Assembly (NCBI GenBank): GCA_023395595.1
Contig: JAEWYO010000044.1
Span: 5,193-69,192, forward strand
Length of the DNA: 64,000 bases
Direction: 5' to 3'
Source: Bacillota bacterium
Lineage (GTDB): Bacteria > Bacillota > Clostridia > Christensenellales > CAG-138
Both the position numbers and the translations under genes were made by a program. A model generated the notes under the pieces. That model was not told the DNA's origin. It did no database searches and saw nothing but the letters and a program-made list of their open reading frames with translations. Of the stretch, positions 45,068 to 53,220 are shown one piece after another (within the stretch, counting starts at the first letter, position 1; each line of letters starts with the position of its first letter).

Positions 45068-46065
45068 CGTTCCCTCATTTCTTCGCCTTGTGTAAATGAC
45101 TGTGTGCTTTTGCGTTCGATATAGGACACCGGCAGCACAAGCTGCTCCGGTGCTGTTTCGCCGTTGATGCGGCGAATCAGCAGCTCCACCGCGCGCGTGC
45201 CCATCTCGCGGATTGGCTGCGCCACGGTAGAAAACGAAAACAAGCGTGAAATATCCAGCCCGTCGAACCCGACGATTGGCAGCCGGACGCGTGCAAGAGA
45301 ATCCTCTTGCAGCACCGTGTGCAAAAACCCCGCGGCAATCATATCCCCAAGCGCGAACACGCCGTCCACGATTGGTGCTCTCGTCATCATGCGCTTGATC
45401 TGTGCCGTTTCCGCTTCGCCAAAGCCGACGTCTCGCAGCATGAGCGGGCGCGCGATCATATCATGCGACGCGCACGTATCGAGAAACCCGCGCTGGCGCT
45501 GATACATCGCCATATACTCCGGCACGTCGGTGGTCAGCAGCAGCGGATTGCGCGAACCCGCGCGAAAGAGAGCCTCCGCCGCCAGCACGCCGCCGTTGTA
45601 GTTGTCGGCGGTGACGGAGGGAACGCCCGGAATTTCGCGGTCGATGCTGATGATCGGAAAATCGTTTTTGGTGTAGAGCGAGGCGTCGCCAAGCCTGCTG
45701 CAAAGCAGGATGCCGTCCACCTTGTTCGCCTTGAGGAGAGACACCATCTCCAGCTCTTTTGCGGCATCATAGGCGGACTGGCAGAGCAGGAGCTTGTAAC
45801 CATAGCGGCTGCAAGCCTGCTCCACCGCGTCCGTCAGCCTGCTGAAAAACGCGTAGTCCACAACGGGCACCACGAGCCCAATCATGCTGCTCTTCTTGCT
45901 CTGCAAGGCGCGTGCCGTGGGATCGGGCTGGTAGCCCAGTGTTTCAATTGCGTGGCGCACCTTGCTCTGCGCTCTTTCGCTAAGCATCTCTCGCTGGTTC
46001 ATATAGCGGGACACCGTCGCCGTCGAAACACCCGCGTGTTTTGCGACATCCTTGATGGTGATCAT
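45064..46065 (-). CDS. LacI family transcriptional regulator
   Basis: HTH MITIKDVAKHAGVSTATVSRYMN plus a periplasmic-binding-fold core. Confidence 0.9.
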   Translation of the reverse strand: MITIKDVAKHAGVSTATVSRYMNQREMLSERAQSKVRHAIETLGYQPDPTARALQSKKSSMIGLVVPVVDYAFFSRLTDAVEQACSRYGYKLLLCQSAYDAAKELEMVSLLKANKVDGILLCSRLGDASLYTKNDFPIISIDREIPGVPSVTADNYNGGVLAAEALFRAGSRNPLLLTTDVPEYMAMYQRQRGFLDTCASHDMIARPLMLRDVGFGEAETAQIKRMMTRAPIVDGVFALGDMIAAGFLHTVLQEDSLARVRLPIVGFDGLDISRLFSFSTVAQPIREMGTRAVELLIRRINGETAPEQLVLPVSYIERKSTQSFTQGEEMRER

Positions 46066-46104
46066 CGCATTGCCTCCGTTGCCCGTTGTCCGCCTTTGCG
46101 GCGG

Positions 46105-47610
46105 TTAGTCTTCGATGACGGAGAAATCCTCCGGCATGGCGCGCCCTTTGAGCAGGTCTTTGATCAAATCCGCCATGAATATGGAAAGCTCCGCAAAATG
46201 ATCCGTCACATACACCACATCGTTGCTGGCGCTCACGTGCAAATTCATCAGATAACGGCAGAACCATTCCACGCCGACGAGCAGCTGCCCGTCACGATGT
46301 AGCGCCTCGCAATACATGCTCCTTAGATCGTTGTCGATCACACAGCCGATGCTGCCGCGCGCAAACTGGAGCACCCTTCCATCTTTGAGTGTCACGACTG
46401 CGGTGAGCGTATCCACGCTGGGTTCATATTTCGCGCCGAACACCTCGCAAAGAAACGAAAGCGGGACACACAGATATTCTCCGCGCACCGCCTGCCCGCC
46501 GTTGAGCCCGTGATATTTGAGCTTTTGCCAGGAGACGGCCTTCGCGCTCATCTGGTAGACGCGGTTTTGGTACCAAGCCTTGTCCAGATCGCGGCTCAGC
46601 GCTATTGCAAACGCGTCGCCCTTACGCGGGAGAATCGTCTCGGTGTGCGTGATCGACCCATCCGCCTCGCGCCGCGTGCCGGAGAAGAAATAGTCCCAGT
46701 AAAGGAACGCTTCGTCCAGCGTCTGCCCGTGGTCGCGATTCTTGATGTCCAGATAGACCAAATCCGCTTTTTTACCGCGATAGAAGGCAAAGTTGTCCTC
46801 GCCCACGATGCTGATTTCCGGCACAGGGTCGCACTCGTTGAGCTTCATCCAGTAGAAACGGTTGTATTTATTGGTGGTGAATTCGCTGTAGTTTTTGCCT
46901 GGAGGCGTGCCGTTGAGTTCCGGGCGGGAATGCCAAACCGCGAGGTGCCCGCCCTTGTTCTTGAGGTTGCCCTGTTCGTCGAAAAGGATGTTGACGCGCG
47001 AAGGGCCGCCGCTGCCCGCGGCACCCGCGAGCAAATGCCCGTAATTGCGTGCGAACTGATCCGTCATAAGGTTGCCCATCGACATACCCTGCATGAAGAT
47101 GCGCCCTTCGTCGATGTTGTACTGTCCCTTCATCTTCTCGATGAGACCGAGCAGGAAGTTCATGTCGTGGTTGTCTTTGATATCCTTTGGCACCTTCTGG
47201 ATGGGCAGATCCGGCGCGTCCTTGGGATCAAAGTCGTCAAACACGCCCTCGACCACCCACATCCGGAGCGAATGCGCATTCGGAAACACGCAGATGAATC
47301 CTTCGCGATCCGCAACCATCGTCCAACTCGTATAGATCGCGTGACCCCAGCCGGTCATCAACCCACCGTGGTTGCCGATCACGAGCGGCGTTTTCTTCGC
47401 GGGATCATAGCCTCTGGGAACGTATTCATACCAAACATCCTCCAAACCGTCGGCGATGATGCCGCGGCATTCCTTGAGTCGTTCGGGATAGGGCTGGGAG
47501 TTGTTTCCGTTTTCGTTGACCACCATATCGCTGCCCTTGATCGCCTCCGGCAGATAGGTCCTGTTGTCGTCGTCCGGCGTGCCGGCGCGCAGTGTTACCT
47601 TGTAGTCCAT
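46105..47610 (-). CDS. PHB-depolymerase-family esterase with Cys-rich C-terminal domain, paralogue 2
   Basis: Same architecture as 43574-45067 (RIFMQGMSMGN, NRDHGQT, GSIGCVIDN). The ATG at 47610 has GGAGG 5 nt upstream. Confidence 0.78.
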   Translation of the reverse strand: MDYKVTLRAGTPDDDNRTYLPEAIKGSDMVVNENGNNSQPYPERLKECRGIIADGLEDVWYEYVPRGYDPAKKTPLVIGNHGGLMTGWGHAIYTSWTMVADREGFICVFPNAHSLRMWVVEGVFDDFDPKDAPDLPIQKVPKDIKDNHDMNFLLGLIEKMKGQYNIDEGRIFMQGMSMGNLMTDQFARNYGHLLAGAAGSGGPSRVNILFDEQGNLKNKGGHLAVWHSRPELNGTPPGKNYSEFTTNKYNRFYWMKLNECDPVPEISIVGEDNFAFYRGKKADLVYLDIKNRDHGQTLDEAFLYWDYFFSGTRREADGSITHTETILPRKGDAFAIALSRDLDKAWYQNRVYQMSAKAVSWQKLKYHGLNGGQAVRGEYLCVPLSFLCEVFGAKYEPSVDTLTAVVTLKDGRVLQFARGSIGCVIDNDLRSMYCEALHRDGQLLVGVEWFCRYLMNLHVSASNDVVYVTDHFAELSIFMADLIKDLLKGRAMPEDFSVIED

Positions 47611-47657
47611 ACAATCCTCCAAAGAAGTTTCATTGCTTGGTTTGGTTTTATTCGAGA

Positions 47658-49187
47658 TTATGCCTTGGGCAAGGCGGTCTTCTCATAGTCCGGCAGCGCG
47701 CCGCCGTTTCTCAACAGATCGGTGATCAAGTCCGCCATGTTCACGGAGAGCGTGTTGAAATGATCCGTGGCGTAGGCGACCCCGTCGCAAGTAGAGACAT
47801 GCAGATTCAGCAAATACCGGCAGAACCACTCGATAGAAACAAGCAGTTCGCCGTCGCGATGGAGCGCCTCGCAATACATACTGCGCAGTGTGTTGTCGAT
47901 CACACAGCCGATGCTGCCGCGCGCAAACTGAAGCCGTCTGCCGTCTTTGAGCGTGACGATTGCCGTCAGCGTGTCTTCACTCGGTTCATAGGTCGCGCCA
48001 ACCGCCTCGCACAGAAACGAGAGTGGAACGCACAGATAGTCTCCGCGAACCGCCTGTCCACCGTTGAGCCCGTGGTATTTGAGCTTTTGCCAGCGAACCG
48101 CTTTCGTCTTCATCGGCACAATTCGATTGTTCATCCAGCCATAGCCGCAGACATCCGCAGCGGCAAACGCGAACGCATCGCCTGTGCGCGCAATGTTGGA
48201 ATTCGTGTGCACAATGGTTCCATCCGCTTTTCTGCGCACGCCGGAGAAATGATAGTTCCAGATCAACGACGCGTCGTCCAGCGTCTGCCCGTGATCGCGG
48301 TTTTTGATGTCCAGATAGGTCACATCCGCTTTCTCGCCGTGATAGAACGCAAAGTTGTCTTCGCCGACGATGCGGATCTGCGGCACCGGCTGGCAGCCGT
48401 TGATGCGCATCCAGTAATAGCGGTTGTAGCGGTTGACCCTAAGTGCCTCCTGTTTGTTCGGCGGGATGTCGTTGAGCTCCGGGCGGGATTGCCAGATGTC
48501 CACGTGCCCGGCTCTGTTTTGTACCGTACCATCGGGCGCAAACAAGACCGAAAGGAACGTTGCGCAGCCCGAGCCCGCAGCCCCCGCGAGCACATCGCCA
48601 TAGTTTCTGGTAAACATCGCCGTCATGAGGTCGCCCATCGACATACCTTGCATGAAGATGCGCTCCTCGTCGATGTTGTATTTTTGCTTCATCTTCTTGA
48701 TGAGCGCGCGCGCCATCTGCGCGTCGTGATTGGCTTCGATGCTCTCCGGCACCTCCGGCAGCTCGCCGGGCGCTTCTTCCCGTCCCGTCTTGCCGTCGTC
48801 ATGGCTCCAACGACCCCATTCGACGCACCAAACGCGCTTGCTGGAGGCGTTCGGGAACGCGACAATGAAGTTGTGTTCCTCAGCCATCAATGTCCAGCTC
48901 GTGTAGATCGCCTGACCCCACCCCGTCATCAGCCCGCCATGCATAGAGAGCACGAGCGGCACCTTCTTTGCCGGGTCGTAGCCAGAAGGGACGAATTCAT
49001 ACCACGTGTCCGTGATGCCGTCGTCCAACAGCGCCTCCTGATATTCCTTGAGCCGTTCGGGGTAAGGCTGGGAGTTGTTGCCGTTTTCGTTGACCACGAT
49101 GTCGCTACCCTTGATCCGCTCCGGCAGGTAGTCCCGATTGCCGTCGTCCGGCGTGCCCGCCGCTAAAAAAATCTTACTCATCTGCAT
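47658..49187 (-). CDS. PHB-depolymerase-family esterase with Cys-rich C-terminal domain, paralogue 3
   Basis: Same architecture (RIFMQGMSMGD, NRDHGQT, GSIGCVIDN). The ATG at 49187 has GAGGA 5 nt upstream. Confidence 0.78.
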   Translation of the reverse strand: MQMSKIFLAAGTPDDGNRDYLPERIKGSDIVVNENGNNSQPYPERLKEYQEALLDDGITDTWYEFVPSGYDPAKKVPLVLSMHGGLMTGWGQAIYTSWTLMAEEHNFIVAFPNASSKRVWCVEWGRWSHDDGKTGREEAPGELPEVPESIEANHDAQMARALIKKMKQKYNIDEERIFMQGMSMGDLMTAMFTRNYGDVLAGAAGSGCATFLSVLFAPDGTVQNRAGHVDIWQSRPELNDIPPNKQEALRVNRYNRYYWMRINGCQPVPQIRIVGEDNFAFYHGEKADVTYLDIKNRDHGQTLDDASLIWNYHFSGVRRKADGTIVHTNSNIARTGDAFAFAAADVCGYGWMNNRIVPMKTKAVRWQKLKYHGLNGGQAVRGDYLCVPLSFLCEAVGATYEPSEDTLTAIVTLKDGRRLQFARGSIGCVIDNTLRSMYCEALHRDGELLVSIEWFCRYLLNLHVSTCDGVAYATDHFNTLSVNMADLITDLLRNGGALPDYEKTALPKA

Positions 49188-49211
49188 ACCATTCCTCACT
49201 CGTACATTCCA

Positions 49212-50021
49212 TTATTCACTCAGTCGCTTATAGGTGTCTTCGATGGCGAGCCAATCGATGAATTTCTTTACATGCCGGTCGCAGTATTCCCAGTTGTGAT
49301 GCCCGTGGTCGATGGTCCTCTCAAACTCCAGCCCGAGGGCTGCGTATTTGTCCATGTATTCCACATTGCCTTCGTAATGCGTGTCCTCCACGCCGGTCGC
49401 CATGTACCCTTTGGGAAACTTCTTTCCAGCTGCCTTCTGTTTGCGAATCAGATAGGCGACGTCATGCTCGGTGTTCTCGACGTTTGACTTGCAGCCAAAG
49501 GCGCTTGCAAACATATAGAAGCTCTGCGTGTTGTCCTCCACCTCCGGCACAAAATCGATCACATTCTTGTTGCCGGAGAAGGTGCCAAACGCCGCGAATT
49601 GCTCAGGATCGCGCAGCATCCATTTCAGCGAGCCATAGCCGCCCATTGAAAAGCCAGCGATGTAGTTGTGTTTCGGGTCTTCGTTCAGCGGGAAGAGATG
49701 GCGCACCACGCGCGGGGTCTCAATCGAAAGCTGAGTGAAATATTTGAAATCGCCATGCAGGGTATCCATATAGCCTGAGCAATAGGTGCCGCTGCAAACG
49801 ACCGCGATGCCCGCCTCGGCGGCGTAGAGTTCAATCGCGGTATAACGCTGCCAGTCGGTATAGTCAAACCCACCGCCGGATTGCAGCCACAGCACGGGAT
49901 AGCGATAGCCCGCCGGACGATCCGCCAGCGAATGCCCCCATGTGTTTTCGGGGATGATGACGTTCACGCCGACCTTCATCTTCAGCGCTTCGGAAAAATA
50001 ATACAGCCTGATGTTTGCCAT
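49212..50021 (-). CDS. esterase-D / putative-esterase family alpha/beta hydrolase
   Basis: PVLWLQSGGG, intact AGFSMGGYGS, GVEDTHY, and a C-terminal DHGHHNWEY His. Start at MANIRL (50021) with a GGGAGG RBS. The ORF-track extension to 50468 is rejected. Confidence 0.85.
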   Translation of the reverse strand: MANIRLYYFSEALKMKVGVNVIIPENTWGHSLADRPAGYRYPVLWLQSGGGFDYTDWQRYTAIELYAAEAGIAVVCSGTYCSGYMDTLHGDFKYFTQLSIETPRVVRHLFPLNEDPKHNYIAGFSMGGYGSLKWMLRDPEQFAAFGTFSGNKNVIDFVPEVEDNTQSFYMFASAFGCKSNVENTEHDVAYLIRKQKAAGKKFPKGYMATGVEDTHYEGNVEYMDKYAALGLEFERTIDHGHHNWEYCDRHVKKFIDWLAIEDTYKRLSE

Positions 50022-50037
50022 TTTCTTGTCCTCCCGA

Positions 50038-50802
50038 TTATGCGCAAGCCCAAGCGACGGCTTGCGGCAGGCTCTTTTGCTGGCTCGTGCAGTCCGCCCC
50101 GGACGGTAGGGTGACAAGTTCCGCCGCCGTGCCGAGCAGTTTCGCGAGCGCTTCGCTCTCTTTTTGATGGCGAAAGCCATCTTCGCTGACAAAGAGGAAC
50201 TTGCCCTTTGCTTGCCGCTTTGCCAGCGCGAAGAGATCGTTTGTCCCTCCGGAAAAATGCGAATGGTCGCTGAAAATCGCTTCCAACTGCGCTTTGCCAA
50301 GCAGGATGCCCGTATCCTTGCCCGCCTCCGCTTTCTCGATGATCGCGTTAAGATCCAGCACGCCGTCGAGGGAGAACGCTTTGCTGAACACGTCCGGGTG
50401 ATGCAGCGCGAGCTTGATTGCGCCGTAGCCGCCCGTGCCGACTCCGCCAACCCATGTTTGGGCGGCATCTTGCGCGATTGGAAAAATGTTGCGGCAGATA
50501 TTCAGTAGCTCGGTACTCACAAACGTCTCATACTTCGGGCCATATTCCATATCCGTACCCAGCGCGTGCTGCACATCCGGCGTAATCACGAAGATTCCGT
50601 GCTCCGCCGCGAGCCGCTCTGCAGGCGTGCGCTGCCAGTCTATGCTGGCGCCGCCTTCGTCATGCAACAGCACGAGCACGGGGTATTTGTGCGCGTGTGC
50701 GGTGTCGTCGAGTTGCAGTTTGTCCATCTCCGGCAGGAACACCCGCGCGGCAAACGAGCCGCCGAGGATCACCGAAAGCGCATTGAATTCAAAAAGTGCC
50801 AT
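50038..50802 (-). CDS. esterase-D-family fold protein lacking Ser and His of the triad; probable pseudo-esterase
   Basis: PVLVLLHDEGG and WVGGVGTGGYGA (Gly at the nucleophile position). The C-terminus LPSGADCTSQQ has no His where paralogues have GxHxW. Confidence 0.7.
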   Translation of the reverse strand: MALFEFNALSVILGGSFAARVFLPEMDKLQLDDTAHAHKYPVLVLLHDEGGASIDWQRTPAERLAAEHGIFVITPDVQHALGTDMEYGPKYETFVSTELLNICRNIFPIAQDAAQTWVGGVGTGGYGAIKLALHHPDVFSKAFSLDGVLDLNAIIEKAEAGKDTGILLGKAQLEAIFSDHSHFSGGTNDLFALAKRQAKGKFLFVSEDGFRHQKESEALAKLLGTAAELVTLPSGADCTSQQKSLPQAVAWACA

Positions 50803-50861
50803 CTGCTTTTACTCCTCCAAATCGAAACTGGATGCGCACGCATGCGCCAATTCATTCTGTG

Positions 50862-51698
50862 TTAATACGGGTTGCCGCCCTGTTCCGTCAGCCCAAAGAA
50901 CGACAGCGCTTCCTGAATCGCAAGATCCCAAAACCGCCATTCGTGCTTGTAGCCCGGCAGCTCAAACCAATGCGCATCCAGCCCGATCTCTTTGGCATGC
51001 GCTTGAAATTTTTTAAATAGTTCATAGAGCATTACATCCTCTTGCCCACAGGCAAACATCAGCCGCGGAAGCGTGTCGGTGTTAGCGAGGCGGTCGATGA
51101 TCGCCCAAACATTCTCGTTGGAATTTTGGAATGCTTCCACCCCTCCCGCGTTCTGCAGCGTCGCGTGCATGCGCGGGTTGTTGGTGTTCAACATCGGGCA
51201 AGGATTGTCCGGCCCCATATCGCTCATGTCCATCGGCGTTGCAGAGAGCACGGCGGCCGCCGCGAATTTCTCCGGGTGGTTGACCGCGTATTTGATCGTT
51301 CCGCGTCCGCCCATACTCAAGCCCGCGATGAAGTTATCCTCCCGTTTGTCGGAGACCGGGAACCAGCCGTAGATCATCGGCATGAGCTCTTCGGTGAGAA
51401 AATCGAACATGCGGTAACCCAGCATGTAGTCGTTCCAGTTGGAATAGTTGGAGTTGAGAGCGCTGGGCATGACCACGACGAGGTTTTTCTCCGTCGCATA
51501 CATCTCGATGTTGGTCTTTCGCACCCAGTCGGTATGATCGCCAAACGTGCCATGCAGCAGCCAGAGTACCTTATATTTTCTACCGTTGCCATAGAATTCC
51601 GCAGGGCTAAGTTCGCGCGGCTTGTCCGGCAAAATCACGGTGATCTGCGTGTTGTTGTTCAGGCAAACGCTTTCAAACGAGTATTGTACAATCGACAT
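50862..51698 (-). CDS. esterase-D / putative-esterase family alpha/beta hydrolase
   Basis: KVLWLLHGTFGDHTDW, intact AGLSMGGRGT, CGQEDVM, and PGYKHEWRFW. Confidence 0.85.
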   Translation of the reverse strand: MSIVQYSFESVCLNNNTQITVILPDKPRELSPAEFYGNGRKYKVLWLLHGTFGDHTDWVRKTNIEMYATEKNLVVVMPSALNSNYSNWNDYMLGYRMFDFLTEELMPMIYGWFPVSDKREDNFIAGLSMGGRGTIKYAVNHPEKFAAAAVLSATPMDMSDMGPDNPCPMLNTNNPRMHATLQNAGGVEAFQNSNENVWAIIDRLANTDTLPRLMFACGQEDVMLYELFKKFQAHAKEIGLDAHWFELPGYKHEWRFWDLAIQEALSFFGLTEQGGNPY

Positions 51699-51721
51699 AC
51701 ACTTCTCCTATTCTTCTTGCT

Positions 51722-53218
51722 CTATGCTTCCAATGTGCAGACAAATGGTAGCATTGGCAGGCCCGCGCTGTTATAGATGTTGTCCTCGCAAAACGGCATC
51801 TGGCAGAACGAAACCATCACGCGCCCGCCGTTGGCAAACGCACCAGACTGAATGCGCAGCTCGTTTTCGCAAACTTGCGCAAAAAACACGCTGATTTCGG
51901 TTCCGTCCAACGTGAGCGCAATCGTTTCCGGTGTTTCGCCGCGGCAGACAAGCCCGCTGCCAGTGTGCGCGAAGCGGAGCACGAGCGTGTCCCCTTCCCG
52001 TTTTACCGCCTCCACGGCGGGCGAATCCGCAAGAATCGACTTGCCGTAGACGTGTAGGAGCGCTTGCCCCGCCAGCCGTTCGCCAATCGGACGCTTCTGC
52101 TTTGGGTGGATGTCATAGCGCATGCCCGCGTCCATCGCACACGCAAGCCAAACCTTGTCGCAAGAGCGTGTGAGTTGCTCCTGCGCGGCGCGAATCGGGA
52201 CAAAGTCCAACGGCTCCATCATCTCTTCAAACGAGGCAAGCTGCACGATCAAAAACGGCAGTTCCGCTTTCCAGAGGCTGCGCCAGCAGGCGATCATCTG
52301 CTGCATCAGCCGCTCATATGTGTCCGCGTAGGCCGCGTCCGACTCTCCCTGATACCAGATCACCCCGCTGATGGTGAAGGGCGCGGTCGGCTTGAGCATC
52401 GTTTCGTAAAGCCCGCACGGGCGAAACGGCGAGTAGCGCGAGAGGAACAACTCTCCCATCTCCGCCATCGATGCCATCATCGCCGGATCAGGACGGACGG
52501 GCGCAAGGTTGCTCATGCTGTTGTCAAAGGGCATATTGTCCATCGTGTGTTGCAGCTTGCAGTAGCGATCCAGCTCCGTCGCCGGGTCTAGCTTCGCCTG
52601 TGCCTCCGTTGCGCGGTCGAGATAGGGTTGAAGCGCTCCGGTCAGGTAGTCCTTGCTCATAAACGCGCTTGCAGAGGTACCACCCCAGGTGCAGTTGAGG
52701 ATACCGACGGGAACATCCAGCTCCGCATGCAGTTTTTTTGCAAAATAGTAGCCCACTGCTGTGAAATATTTCGCTTCAACACCGCGCGCCTTTCGCCAAA
52801 CGCCAACCTTGGAATAGTCCCGGTCGTTCTCCTGTCCAGCATAGGCAATCTTCGGCACTTCATAGCAGCGCATATCCGCGCAGTCACTCGCAATTTCGCC
52901 TGCGACCTCCGCATCGTCCCGCAGGAGAAATTCCATATTGGACTGCCCGCCCGCGAGCCAGACTTCGCCGATGGCGACATCGCCTATTACGATGCTCTCG
53001 TCTCCCGCACTGACGCGGAGCGTAAGGTTCCGCCCCGCTTCCATCGGCGGAAGATAGGCGCGAAAACCATCCTTTCCCGCAACGGCATAGGCGGGTTGTT
53101 CGTCAAGCTGGATCTCAACGAGGCTTCCTTCTTGCGCTGTTCCCCAAATGCAGACCGGAGTTCTTCTTTGCAGCACCATACCGTTTTGAAACAGCGTCGC
53201 AAGTTGCAGTTTGCCCAT
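51722..53218 (-). CDS. sialate-O-acetylesterase-like (SASA domain) carbohydrate acetylesterase
   Basis: GEVWLAGGQSNMEF and WYQGESDA motifs of the SASA/DUF303 family. No signal peptide. Confidence 0.85.
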   Translation of the reverse strand: MGKLQLATLFQNGMVLQRRTPVCIWGTAQEGSLVEIQLDEQPAYAVAGKDGFRAYLPPMEAGRNLTLRVSAGDESIVIGDVAIGEVWLAGGQSNMEFLLRDDAEVAGEIASDCADMRCYEVPKIAYAGQENDRDYSKVGVWRKARGVEAKYFTAVGYYFAKKLHAELDVPVGILNCTWGGTSASAFMSKDYLTGALQPYLDRATEAQAKLDPATELDRYCKLQHTMDNMPFDNSMSNLAPVRPDPAMMASMAEMGELFLSRYSPFRPCGLYETMLKPTAPFTISGVIWYQGESDAAYADTYERLMQQMIACWRSLWKAELPFLIVQLASFEEMMEPLDFVPIRAAQEQLTRSCDKVWLACAMDAGMRYDIHPKQKRPIGERLAGQALLHVYGKSILADSPAVEAVKREGDTLVLRFAHTGSGLVCRGETPETIALTLDGTEISVFFAQVCENELRIQSGAFANGGRVMVSFCQMPFCEDNIYNSAGLPMLPFVCTLEA

Positions 53219-53220
53219 CG

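Noticed and set aside
39548-49187. 'PHB depolymerase' genes as evidence for polyhydroxyalkanoate metabolism, possibly linked to the thiolase/reductase cluster.
   Set aside because: No PHA synthase, phasin or PhaR is visible. The family (COG3509/LpqC-like) also includes feruloyl and acetyl esterases. The genes sit in a carbohydrate locus 25 kb from the thiolase.
20291-50468. N-terminally extended ORF-track versions of livF (20291), the liv SBP (21144), the esterase at 28729-29673, the DUF3237 protein (28828) and the esterase at 49212-50468.
   Set aside because: The extensions overlap the upstream gene, lack RBSs and destroy otherwise typical N-termini (lipobox, esterase start). Internal ATGs with GGAGG-type RBSs fit better.
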